The position numbers and the translations under genes were made by a program. The notes beneath the pieces were generated by a model, which was not told the origin of the DNA, did no database searches, and was given only the letters and a program-made list of their open reading frames with translations. This document shows, in pieces, positions 1 through 11,097 of a stretch of DNA of 64,000 nucleotides (positions are counted from its first letter, which is position 1; the number at the start of each line of letters is the position of its first letter). The stretch is from an uncultured Acidimicrobiia bacterium. Its GTDB lineage: Bacteria; Actinomycetota; Acidimicrobiia; IMCC26256; CAWATG01. The stretch lies in NCBI GenBank assembly GCA_963785035.1, contig CAWATG010000015.1, forward strand, positions 30,317 through 94,316, in the 5' to 3' direction.

Positions 1-333
1 AGCGGCCGCTCTACGCTCCGGGGATGTGGTCAGTCTGGCGGTAGGCCAAGCGATGCCGGCAAGCGCTTGATGGCTCGAAGGAAGCAACGGTTGTCGCCGG
101 TGATTCGTGCGATGACGAGCGCTCCCTCGATCTCGCCGATGGCGTGTGGCTCACCTTGCGCGCAGCCCGCTTGGCGCAGACCGAAAAGGCCGACGACATC
201 GCGGTCACCATCGAGCGCGACGACCACACCACGGGTCCGAGGAACGCATGAGCGCGTTCGCCTCGTCGACGTCTGCCAACGGCGACAGCTGCCCAGCGAC
301 GGTTGCCGATCCCGCACCGCTCGTCACACGTTA

Positions 334-560
334 GCAACGCCCGGCGAGCGCCTCGACCTCTTCTCCCGAGCCTGCGGACTGACGCGTCGTGAAGCAGAGC
401 TCCTCGGCCACCTCGCCACCGGAGCTGACACCCACCAGACCGCCGAGCGCATGTTCGTCTCCGAACACACGGTCCAGGACCACCTGAAGGCGATCTTTGC
501 GAAGAGCGGTGCACCCAACCGTAGGGTCGCTCACGATCGCCGCCGTTTGGCGCACGCGTC
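334..560 (+). CDS. LuxR/GerE-type HTH domain; C-terminal part of a regulator that enters the window incomplete
   Basis: ORF 67-957, residues ~95-160, read ERLDLFSRACGLTRREAELLGHLATGADTHQTAERMFVSEHTVQDHLKAIFAKSG, a classic LuxR HTH. An upstream conserved piece (WLTLRAARL...IAVTIE) sits in another frame. The ORF tail beyond ~560 overlaps the opposite-strand kinase and looks non-coding. Confidence 0.55.
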
Positions 561-1708
561 GGCGGCATTCACGCTCGATCGGTGCGGCCACCTCGTCGAC
601 CAGTCCGGCGCGATGAGCGGCGCGGGCTGTGGGCGAACTGCTTTCGCCGACGCCATAACGCCCGCTCCGAGCGATTCGGCCCGCCTGTGGTTCGCGTCAC
701 CGCTCCAAGACCAGCTGCGAGCGCCCTCGGTCAGGCGCCCGTGCTCCGAGAACCATGCGAGCGGACCGCCGAAACCCACGAGCTCAGCCGCAATTGGACC
801 TTTGAACCCCCACAAGGGCCGTGCCGCATTGATTTTCGCAGTGAGCTTTTCGATGATCGCGTCCTGGCCGGCGAGCTCGACCGTGCCGGTCGCCACCGCC
901 GTCGTGTACCGAACGCTGTCGATCACCGCAGACTTGATCCGCTCGTGGCGCAAGTAACGCTGGAGATCCTCAGCCCACCCGACCGTCATCGCAGGCGGCA
1001 ACGACCGAAGCCACAACGCCACGAGCGAGTCACGTTCCTCCGTCATGTACTGCATCTTGTGGAGATGTGCTGCGAGGTCGTACACCGGGTCGCCGAAAAG
1101 CGCCAACTCCCAGTCCAAGAAAACAGGGGAGCCATCAGGTCGCACGATGATGTTCTTGCGGTGGATGTCTGCGTGCACGAGACAGAACGGCCTGGGGGAA
1201 AGTCGCTCCCACAGCCGACACACGCCATCGAGCGGGTCAGCCGGGATCCAAGCTGCGCAAAGGTCGCTTCGAAGTGATCGACTTCGCGGTCGAAGACCGA
1301 CGTCGTCACGGCGGACAGCTGCGTTGCGAACAATGCGCAATCCCTGTCCTGGGGCCAGTCGGGCGGCAGGTTCGGCAATCTCGCTTCCGGCGTCAGACAC
1401 GCGAGCGATGAAAACAGGTTGGCTACACCGTCGATGACCCTGACAGGAACACGACGCCCTCGAGGAGCCACCATGTCCAGCAGTTCACCGGCTTCATAGC
1501 GGTGGAGCTGGAACGGTGGGCTGACGGAAGCAAAGAGGAGCTTCGGTGCGGCAACATAGTCGGCCACAGCAGCCAGGATCTCGTGCTCCTCCCATATGCG
1601 GAGGTCCATTCGATCGGCATTTGGGATCGGTATTCGCACGATCACGTCGTCGATCCGGACGTTGCGGTTGTAGTAGCCGCTCAGGCGTACCGGACGGCGT
1701 CGTCCCAC
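531..1708 (-). pseudogene. APH/choline-kinase family phosphotransferase, frameshifted
   Basis: The N-terminal half is in ORF 1043-1708 (VRLSGYYNRNVRIDDVIVRIPIP...). The catalytic half is in ORF 531-1400, in a different frame (FCLVHADIHRKNIIVRPDGSPVFLDWELALFGDPVYDLA, i.e. the HxDxxxxN and DxE/D kinase motifs). The join is near 1235-1260. Confidence 0.75.
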
Positions 1709-2474
1709 TCGTCGCCCCAGCGGATCGGCTCCCTGCTGGCGACCACCGCCAGACCACGATCGAGCTGCGCAGCGAGATCCTGTACCCAGTACTGGTCCGA
1801 CGAGGCGATGGCCTCGTACGCGTCGATCAGCACGGTGTAAGGGCGATCGGTACTGCCTACACGCAGATCCTCGGCGAAGTAGTACGTCACAGCATCGACG
1901 AGTTCGACACGGGCGTTGATCCCAGCGCGCGGAAGCGATACCGAACTTTGACGGTGCGGCGACGTCGGACGGAGGATTTGGCCGAACTCAGCAGCCGAAG
2001 CAGATGGAAAGCGGTACCGAACACGGGTACGCCCGCAGCCGCGTCGATTACAGCGGACAAAGCCTCGCTCTGATCCGAGAATGGCAGGTCACCGGTCCCG
2101 ATTCGCAGATGGGGATGGAAGCGCTGCCACGCAACGGCGTACACGATGTCGAAGCGGTCAAAACTCACCCCGTCTTCAGTACCAAGTTGCATTCGCAATC
2201 CAGCGAGGCCTTCGGATTGCCCACGCATCACCGGGATCTGCAGATCGAGCAATGCAGTCCGATGGTTCCGTTCAGCGGCCCTGGTGCGGATCTCCTGCAA
2301 CAGACGGGACTTGCCAATCCCGCCTATGCCGACGACGTTGAACACCGTGGGGCAGTCGATCGGCTGACTTAGCAGCTGCTCCGCAGCCTCAAGGATCTCG
2401 TCGCGGTCTACGAACGGCCGCGACAGCGATGCCGCCCTCAGGAACCGCGGTCTCGGCGTGGTCACGGGGGTCAC
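1681..2474 (-). pseudogene. STAND/NB-ARC-like P-loop NTPase, N-terminal module only, split over two frames
   Basis: ORF 1887-2474 carries a Walker A motif (FNVVGIGGIGKSRLL). ORF 1681-1890, in another frame, carries a Walker-B/RNBS-like stretch (PYTVLIDAYE...GLAVVASREP). No repeat or sensor domain follows. The link between the two ORFs is inferred. Confidence 0.5.
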
Positions 2475-2519
2475 ACCAAGCTTCGAGTGCTCATCGGATC
2501 GTCACGACCGCCGCGCTCA

Positions 2520-3418
2520 AGATTCATCCCCCCGCCTCTGCCTGTCGCACGACCGCCACGGTACTGCCTCGCGCCACGTGAGGGATCCCCGTTCAGTGGT
2601 CCAGCCACTACTCGGATGCTAGTTGGTGTCGGGTGGTTCCAGAGCGATGCCCGCCGCTGGCCGTCGGAAGCCATTCCCGACGTGCTGTCGTGCGGACGCG
2701 CAGACGGGTCCGTGAACAGAGGCGCCTGCGCGGTGATGACGCGCGATGCCAGAAACCGACGGCGGTGACGGCTTGTTCATCGTGGTGGATCTCGGAGTAG
2801 ACGAGCCGGGTGCGGTCATCGATGGCGAAGTGGATGGAGCGGTAGCCGACCTGCCGGTAGCGGTTGTAGTTGTCGGCGCCGCAGCCGCCAGCCGCCACCG
2901 TTGGCGACGCCGCTGATCTTCTTGACGGCGATATGGATCAATTCGCCTGGTCGTTCGCGTTGGTAGCGGCGCACCAGGGTGGTGTCGGTGGCACGATCAC
3001 CGCGGTCGAGGCGGCCGCATCCGGCGGCGTTCAAGATCGCCTGGACCCTCAACGCGGCGGGGCCGGTCGCGTAGGCGATGTGATCGGCACCCCAACGGTG
3101 ACCGCGACGGAGGTGCAACACCTTCCTCCAAAGCTTGGCCTTGGTCCGGTTCGGAGACCGGTACGGTCGCGAGCTCCGGTCGTGGAGGCCCGCCGCTCCC
3201 TCGGCAAGGAACCGGCGGCGCCACTTGCGCACTGTTATCGCATCGACTTGGAACCTGTCGGCGGTGGCTTCGATCGTCCAGAGCTGCTCAACGACGCACC
3301 CGACCATCTGCCGGCGCCCTTGGGTTAACAGGGTGATGAAATTCGGGGTCTGAGCTGAGGGCGCGTTGTCGGTGTGGGCCGATCGTTGTCGGCCGATCTG
3401 GTCCTTGTCTTCGATCAT
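2520..3418 (-). mobile_element. IS481-family transposase remnant (frameshifted, 3' end degraded)
   Basis: ORF 2816-3589 reads ...ADRFQVDAITVRKWRRRFLAEGAAGLHDRSSRPYRSPNRT...RERPGELIHIAVKK. It continues in ORF 2608-2898, in another frame, with YRSIHFAIDDRTRLVYSEIHHDEQAVTAVGFW. Further downstream only weak similarity remains. Confidence 0.75.
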
Positions 3419-3456
3419 TCCGACCCCGGCGGTGTGTCCGGGGTCGGTCGAGACGG

Positions 3457-3870
3457 TCAGGCTGGCGTGGCGTCCATGGCGGTGATTCGGATGAGGTTGT
3501 AGACGGCGGCCTCGATCTTGAACCAGGCCCGGTTGCGTTGTCGGCCGATGTAGCGAAGCTTTCGTCCACCGCCGATGGTCTTGATCCACCCGAACGGTTC
3601 CTCGACCCGTTTACGTATTCGCTGCGACACAACGTGGCCGGGGTGTCGGGTGGTTCGACCATCGATCGCGGATATTCGGTTCGTGGTGTTCTGCGCGACG
3701 TGCGGGGTGAACCCGAGACAGCGTGTCTTGGCGACGAAGTCGCGGGTGTCGTAGGCCTTGTCCGCGGCGATGGTGCGCCGCCGTTTCGATGCTGGGAGCC
3801 GAGCAAGCATCTCAACGGCACAGTCGCGTTCGGCGTGCTCGTTGATGACGAGGTGGACACCGAGGTGGAC
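3457..3870 (-). mobile_element. IS5/IS4-type DDE transposase, C-terminal fragment
   Basis: ORF 3457-3810 plus in-frame upstream codons read VHLGVHLVINEHAERD...AADKAYDTRDF...RKRVEEPFGWIKTIGGGRKLRYIGRQRNRAWFKIEAAVYNLIRI. The N-terminal two thirds are absent. The fragment abuts the vapC stop on one side and the IS481 copy on the other. Confidence 0.7.
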
Positions 3871-3888
3871 GCGCCTGCAAGCCGGTTC

Positions 3889-4290
3889 TCAAGGGAGCAG
3901 GTTGAGGGCAGCGATGTTTGATCGGACGACGGTGAAGTGCCGTCTATCGAGTGTTGCGATGTCGATGGCGCCGAGTCGTTCGGCGGCGGCGATCACGGAT
4001 GCGTCGACCGTGCCGAGCGGGAGGTCGCTGTACTGCGCCACGAGTTCGGCGATGCGCAACCAGTCCGATGCCGCGACTGGTTCGGCGATGAGATTGCCTG
4101 CGGCGAGATCCCCGAGGAAGCGAACCTCGGCCTCGAGGCCGAGCCGGGTGCTCAGCAGGTAGGTGACCTCGGTGATGACGAGGGTCGGCACGATCAGGGG
4201 CCCGGCGTGCGTTTCGAGCAGGTCGAGGCTCGCGCGGTGATGACGGTCGTCGCGGTCGATGTACGCGTACAGCGGGCCGGCATCGACGAT
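3889..4290 (-). CDS. vapC: PIN-domain toxin VapC
   Basis: The C-terminal ~134 codons of ORF 3889-4881 read LIALIVDAGPLYAYIDRDDRHH...LIVPTLVITEVTYLL...GTVDASVIAAAERLGAIDIATLDRRHF (PIN acidic residues). It overlaps the antitoxin stop. I could not find an ATG/GTG/TTG at the expected start. Confidence 0.8.
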   Translation of the reverse strand: MVDAGPLYAYIDRDDRHHRASLDLLETHAGPLIVPTLVITEVTYLLSTRLGLEAEVRFLGDLAAGNLIAEPVAASDWLRIAELVAQYSDLPLGTVDASVIAAAERLGAIDIATLDRRHFTVVRSNIAALNLLP

Positions 4291-4541
4291 CAGTGCGATG
4301 AGCCGACCTCGTTCGCGAGGATCTCCTCGATTCGTTCGGAGATGTCGGAGCGCCCGCTCGCTCCGGCGCCTGCAGCGAGGAGTCGGCGCTTTCCTTGCGG
4401 TGCGGCGAGCAGCGTCTCGATCGCCTCGCGAGTGAGTTCTGACACGGTGGTCTTTCGACGCTCCGCTTCGTGTCGCAGCCGGGCATCGAGATCGTCGGGG
4501 AGCTTGACCGTCGTGCGTCGCATGTATGCCAGCATACCCAA
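4290..4541 (-). CDS. vapB: Ribbon-helix-helix (CopG-like) antitoxin VapB
   Basis: The 83-aa ORF reads MRRTTVKLPDDLDARLRHEAERRKTTVSELTREAIETLL, an RHH fold signature. It lies directly upstream of the PIN gene and overlaps it. Confidence 0.8.
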   Translation of the reverse strand: MGMLAYMRRTTVKLPDDLDARLRHEAERRKTTVSELTREAIETLLAAPQGKRRLLAAGAGASGRSDISERIEEILANEVGSSH

Positions 4542-4550
4542 CTGGCGGCG

Positions 4551-4847
4551 TCAGCGCGATCGCGTGCGGTGGAACTCGACGGCGAACGTCGCAGGGTGGG
4601 GGAGCTCGACGTGGTGCTGGCGGGTCGGCGGGATGGCGACGGAGTCCCCGGCGTTGAGCGTGATGGGTCGGTCGGGTTCGTCGTCGAAGACGAAGGTGAC
4701 GGTGCCCGTGTGGACGACAAGGCGTCCCCAGACCCCCTTGGCGAGACGGTGGGCGCGTAGGAGTCCGGCGGGAACGGTGGCATTGTCGAACACGTCCGTC
4801 GTGCGAACGTGTTCGAGTCCGTCGGGGAGCTGCGATGCGAGCGCCAT
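4551..4847 (-). CDS. DUF1971 (TehB N-terminal-like, tellurite-resistance-related) protein
   Basis: The 98-aa ORF has the typical DUF1971 pattern: FDNATVPAGLLRAHRLAKGVWGRLVVHTGTVTFVFDDE...HHVE. An RBS (GAGGAG) precedes the ATG. Confidence 0.7.
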   Translation of the reverse strand: MALASQLPDGLEHVRTTDVFDNATVPAGLLRAHRLAKGVWGRLVVHTGTVTFVFDDEPDRPITLNAGDSVAIPPTRQHHVELPHPATFAVEFHRTRSR

Positions 4848-4899
4848 GAGTTTCTCCTCGAAGTCTCGTGCGGCACCACACTACCTTTCCCTACGCCTC

Positions 4900-4928
4900 T
4901 TGACTACCCCTAGGGGTATGGGTACTAT
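4900..4928 (+). promoter_or_regulatory. cstR-like promoter with a CsoR-type operator
   Basis: TTGACT (4900-4905), 17 nt, TACTAT (4923-4928). A perfect 14-bp palindrome, TACCCCTAGGGGTA (4905-4918), lies between the two boxes. The -10 box ends 6 nt before the second ATG (4935), which implies a leaderless transcript. Confidence 0.6.
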
Positions 4929-5204
4929 ATGGCAATGGAATTGCCTGCGGAGACCATTGACGACATTCAGAAGCGCCTGCGCCGTGTGGAGGGCCAGGTA
5001 CGGGGCATCCAGCAGATGCTGGCCGACGGCCGGGATTGCCGGGACGTGGTGACCCAGCTGTCGGCGGCCAACAGGGCATTGGAGCAGGCCGGGTTCGTGC
5101 TGGTCGCGGCCGGTCTGACGTGGTGCCTGCAGGACCCGGCGCGTTCGGCGGCCCAGGGCTACGAACTCGCCGACGTCCAGAAGATGTTCACCAAGCTGGC
5201 CTGA
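4929..5204 (+). CDS. CsoR/RcnR-family repressor, CstR-like (persulfide-sensing type)
   Basis: DUF156 pattern: IQKRLRRVEGQVRGIQQML...CRDVVTQLSAANRALEQAGFVLV...WC. It has Cys37 and Cys66, 29 residues apart. It lacks the His found four residues before the second Cys in Cu-sensing CsoR. The true start may be ATG 4935. Confidence 0.8.
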   Translation: MAMELPAETIDDIQKRLRRVEGQVRGIQQMLADGRDCRDVVTQLSAANRALEQAGFVLVAAGLTWCLQDPARSAAQGYELADVQKMFTKLA

Positions 5205-5242
5205 CCAGGCCACCCATCCCTTCCACGGAAGAAGGAGCAGCC

Positions 5243-6628
5243 ATGTTCTTCCGCCAGTACGACCTCGCCTGCCTGTCGTTGTACAGCTACCTGATCGGCG
5301 ACACCACCACCGGCCGAGCCGTCGTCGTCGACCCGCAGCGCGACATCAGCGGCTACCTCGCCGACGCCGAAGCCAACGGCCTGACCATCGAACGGGTCAT
5401 CGAGACCCACTTCCACGCCGACTTCCTCTCCGGGCACCTCGAGCTCGCCGAAGCCACCGGCGCGAGCATCTCCTACGGCGACGTCGCCGACCCGGACTTC
5501 GCGATCGAACCGTTGGCGCACGGCCAGCTCCTCTCCCTCGGCGAGGTCACCCTCGAGATCCGCCACACCCCGGGCCATACACCCGAGAGCATCTCCATCG
5601 TCGTGTACCCGACGCCCGACGGCGAGCCGTGGGCTGTCCTGACCGGCGACGCCCTGTTCATCGGCGATGTCGGCCGTCCCGACCTGCTCACCTCGGTCGG
5701 CCGCACCGCCGACAGCCTCGCCCGCGACCTCTACCGATCCCTTCGGGAGCAGCTGCTCACCTTGCCCGACACGACTCTCGTCTACCCCGCCCACGGCGCC
5801 GGGTCTGCCTGCGGCAAGAACCTCTCAACCGCGGCATCCTCCACCATCGGTGAGCAACGCAGCACCAACTACGCGCTGGCGCCGATGACCGAGGACCAAT
5901 TCGTGGAAGCTGTCACTGAGGGTCAGGGCATCGCTCCGCTCTACTTCGCGTTCGCCGCAGACGCCAACAAACGCGAACGTGACCTGCTCGACGACCACGA
6001 GCCCCCGCAGGAACTCACCATCGAGGAAGCACTCGACCTGGCCCGAGCCGGCGCTGTGCTGCTCGACACCCGCGCCCCGGAATCCTTCGCGTCCGGGCAC
6101 CTCCGCGGGTCGATCAACGTGGGTCTCGACGGTCGTTTCGCCGAGTACGCCGGCAACATCGTCCGCCCCGGCCAGCAGGTCGTCCTTCTCGGCGATGCCG
6201 GGCGTGGCACCGAAGCCAAGATCCGTCTCGCCCGCATCGGTTTCGACGCCGTCGTCGGCGAGGTCACCGACATCGAGTCCCAGCTCACCGCCCACCCGGA
6301 GCTCGCTGACGCAGCCCGGCGCCTGCCCGCCGCCGACGTGGCCGCCTGGCTCGCTGAGGAACCCGACCTCCAGATCGTCGACGTCCGCAACCCTGCAGAG
6401 ACCAAGGTCGGCGGCACGGTCCCGGGTGCGCGCAACCTGCCCTTGCCTCAGCTGCTGGACCACCTCGACGACCTCGATCGCGCCCGACCCAGCGTCGTCT
6501 ATTGCGCCGGCGGCTACCGGTCGTCGGTCGCAGCGTCGGTCCTGCGCGCCCACGGCTTCACCCACGTGGCCGACCTCATCGGCGGTTACCCCGCCTGGCT
6601 CACCCACGCCCACCTTCAGGAGGTCTGA
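5243..6628 (+). CDS. MBL-fold persulfide dioxygenase fused to two rhodanese domains (CstB-like)
   Basis: Starts MFFRQYDLACLSLYSYLIGD after the RBS GAAGGAG. It has the MBL motif ETHFHADFLSGH, and the C-terminal rhodanese has the active-site loop VVYCAGGYRSS. The first rhodanese lacks the catalytic Cys. Confidence 0.85.
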   Translation: MFFRQYDLACLSLYSYLIGDTTTGRAVVVDPQRDISGYLADAEANGLTIERVIETHFHADFLSGHLELAEATGASISYGDVADPDFAIEPLAHGQLLSLGEVTLEIRHTPGHTPESISIVVYPTPDGEPWAVLTGDALFIGDVGRPDLLTSVGRTADSLARDLYRSLREQLLTLPDTTLVYPAHGAGSACGKNLSTAASSTIGEQRSTNYALAPMTEDQFVEAVTEGQGIAPLYFAFAADANKRERDLLDDHEPPQELTIEEALDLARAGAVLLDTRAPESFASGHLRGSINVGLDGRFAEYAGNIVRPGQQVVLLGDAGRGTEAKIRLARIGFDAVVGEVTDIESQLTAHPELADAARRLPAADVAAWLAEEPDLQIVDVRNPAETKVGGTVPGARNLPLPQLLDHLDDLDRARPSVVYCAGGYRSSVAASVLRAHGFTHVADLIGGYPAWLTHAHLQEV

Positions 6629-6633
6629 ACCAC

Positions 6634-6765
6634 ATGTCAGGACGAGGCGCCATACGAGACACCACCCCCACTGCCGCCCACGAACGCGCCGACACCGACC
6701 TGGTGCCCGACGTCCACGCTGCCGACCAATGGGCTGGCGGTCACGCACCCGGCACCGTGGTCTGA
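6634..6765 (+). pseudogene. Possible truncated rhodanese remnant
   Basis: A 44-codon ORF ends ...DLVPDVHAADQWAGGHAPGTVV. This resembles the rhodanese N-terminal motif (LIDVRexxEwxxGHIPGA), but the rest of the domain is absent. Confidence 0.3.
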
Positions 6766-6774
6766 CATCCCGCC

Positions 6775-7594
6775 GTGCGCGCCCTGCTGGCATCACCCCT
6801 CGGGTTCCTCATCGGTCTATCCCTCGGCGCGCTCGGGGGCGGCGGCTCGATCCTCGCCGTTCCCGCCCTCGTCTACGGCGCCGGGCAGGATCCCAAGGCC
6901 GCCACCGCCACGAGCCTTCTCGTGGTCGGAGCGGCGTCGCTCGTCGGGATGGGTTCCCACTGGCGAGCCGGGCCGCGTCCGGCTCGGGACCGGGATCGTG
7001 TTCGGGTTGACTGGCATCGGTGGGTCGATCGCAGGTTCCGCGCTCAATCGCCATGTCGATCCGAACGTCCTGCTCCTCGGGTTCGCCGTCCTCGTGTGCG
7101 TTGCCGCCTGGCGGATGCTCACCGGCTGTCCCACGTGCACCAAGGTCGGCGAAACCCGCGCGGTCGCCGGCCGGTCCGGAACGACGCTGACGATGGTGCG
7201 CCAGCAGATCGACATCCGCACCGTCCTCACCGTGCTCGTCGCCGGGACCGCGGTCGGGTTTCTCACCGGCCTCTTCGGCGTCGGCGGTGGGTTCGTGATC
7301 GTCCCCGCCCTCGCTCTCGGCCTCAAGCTTCCGATGCCCGAAGCCATCGGAACGTCCCTGCTGGTCATCGCCATCAACTCGGGGGTCGCCCTCACCACGC
7401 GCCTCGCCACCACCAGCATCGACTGGCACATCACCCTTCCCTTCACGATCGCCGCGATCGCCGGGGTCATCTCCGGGGGCAAGGCCGCCGGCAGGCTCGA
7501 CCCCGAGCGCAGCCTCCGCTGGTTTTCCGGCCTACTCGTCGCCGTCGCCGTCTACACCGCCGTCCGGGCCGGCACCGCCCTGACGCTGACGTGA
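6775..7594 (+). pseudogene. TauE/SafE sulfite-exporter family membrane protein, one frameshift
   Basis: The N-terminus is in ORF 6775-7599 (LGALGGGGSILAVPALVYG...SLVGMGSHWRAG). The rest is in ORF 6998-7594 (FGLTGIGGSIAGSALN...GLFGVGGGFVIVPAL). The frame change is near 6965-6975. Confidence 0.75.
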
Positions 7595-7610
7595 CGTGAC
7601 GTGACGTGAC
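7581..7610. repeat. Short tandem repeat, about six TGACG units
   Basis: The sequence tgacgc tgacg tgacg tgacg tgacg tgac spans the TauE stop codon (7592-7594). Confidence 0.8.
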
Positions 7611-7730
7611 CTCCCACCGAATAGCGGGCGCCACCGGCCGCCCCGCCCGCGTCGTCGCCACCGGTTCCCGACGCCGGACCCACACCGTGAGCGTTGGGTT
7701 GACCCAGCCTTAGATTTTAGTTCATCTAAT

Positions 7731-7761
7731 TCTGGACTGAATCCAGATTCTTTGGTAGCCT
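7731..7761 (+). promoter_or_regulatory. furA promoter with an inverted repeat (candidate FurA box)
   Basis: TGGACT (7733-7738), 17 nt, TAGCCT (7756-7761). The ATG at 7768 lies 6 nt after the -10 box, so the transcript looks leaderless. An inverted repeat, TCTGGA-N5-TCCAGA (7731-7747), overlaps the -35 box. Confidence 0.5.
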
Positions 7762-7767
7762 GGCTCC

Positions 7768-8208
7768 ATGAAGTCGAACGATCCGTTGACCGCGCAGCTC
7801 CTTCGCGAGTGCGGCGTGCAGGTCACGGCGCAGCGGCTTGCGGTGCTACGGGCGGTCGTCAGTGGGCCGCACCGGACCGCCGATGATGTCGAGGCGATCG
7901 TGCGTGCCGAGATCGGCGCGATCTCCCGTCAGGCGGTCTATGACGCGCTCGGGATCCTCACCGAGAAGGGTCTGTTGCGCCGGATACAACCCGCGGGCTC
8001 ACCGGCACGGTACGAGGCCCGGGTGGGGGACAACCACCATCACCTCATCTGCCGTGCGTGTGGCCGGACGGTTGATGTCGATTGCGCGGTGGGGGAGGTT
8101 CCGTGCCTGACCGCGTCTGACGATGCCGGCTTCGAGATAGACGAGGCAGAAGTCATCTATTGGGGCCGCTGCCCAAGCTGCGTCGCGTCGGCACCGCCGA
8201 GCGACTGA
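7768..8208 (+). CDS. furA: Fur-family regulator, FurA type (upstream of katG)
   Basis: Shows the Fur fold pattern ([12 protein letters not shown]...[17 protein letters not shown]...CPSC) and lies immediately upstream of katG. Confidence 0.85.
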   Translation: MKSNDPLTAQLLRECGVQVTAQRLAVLRAVVSGPHRTADDVEAIVRAEIGAISRQAVYDALGILTEKGLLRRIQPAGSPARYEARVGDNHHHLICRACGRTVDVDCAVGEVPCLTASDDAGFEIDEAEVIYWGRCPSCVASAPPSD

Positions 8209-10431
<2,223 letters not shown>

Positions 10432-10451
10432 TCGTACGAGGAGGAACTGTT

Positions 10452-10931
10452 ATGTCGCATGACCTACCCATCGACATCGGGATCGCCGAGGCCGACCGCC
10501 TCGACATCGCCGGTGGTCTGTCACGGATGCTCGCCGACACTTACACGCTCTACCTGAAGACCCACAACTACCACTGGAACGTCACGGGCCCCATGTTCCA
10601 GACCCTCCACCTCATGTTCGAGGCGCAGTACCTCGAGCTCGCCCTCGCCGTCGACCTCATCGCCGAACGCATCCGGGCCCTCGGCTCGCCGGCACCCGCG
10701 ACCTACCGCGAGTTCGCCGAGCTCGCCTCGATCAGCGAGGACGACGACGCCCCCGACGCCACGGAGATGATTCGCCGTCTCGTGAAGGGCCAGGAGACGG
10801 TGGTGCGCACCGCCCGCTCCGTCTTCCCGGTCGTGCAGCGCGTGAGTGACGAACCCACCGCCGACCTGCTCACCCAGCGCATGCAGGTCCACGAGAAGAC
10901 CGCATGGATGTTGCGCAGCCTCCTCGACTAG
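10452..10931 (+). CDS. dps: Dps (DNA starvation/stationary-phase protection, ferritin-like)
   Basis: Internal ATG after the RBS AGGAGGA. The sequence reads [34 protein letters not shown]...IAERIRALG. Confidence 0.9.
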   Translation: MSHDLPIDIGIAEADRLDIAGGLSRMLADTYTLYLKTHNYHWNVTGPMFQTLHLMFEAQYLELALAVDLIAERIRALGSPAPATYREFAELASISEDDDAPDATEMIRRLVKGQETVVRTARSVFPVVQRVSDEPTADLLTQRMQVHEKTAWMLRSLLD

Positions 10932-11097
10932 AGATCCCGGGCAGTTCGGCGCCGAATTGCTCGGGGGCGGGGAGCTCACGTCGGCGTCGTTCGCAGGCAA
11001 GGACATCGTGCGTTGGTTCTGGGCCGAGCCGGCATCGACCACCAAGATGAGCGATGCGCGGAGACAGCGGACGCGGCGTGACGAGTAGGGTCCATCG

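Noticed and set aside
560-957. Continuation of ORF 67-957 beyond the LuxR HTH.
   Set aside because: LuxR-type proteins end shortly after the HTH. This tail overlaps the opposite-strand kinase C-terminus and has no recognisable features, so a missed stop or frameshift is more likely.
3889-4881. A 330-aa ORF, and the parallel 311-aa ORF 3944-4879, as a large protein.
   Set aside because: Only the last ~134 codons (the PIN domain) look like protein. The rest is Arg/Pro-rich and overlaps the well-supported vapB and DUF1971 genes in other frames.
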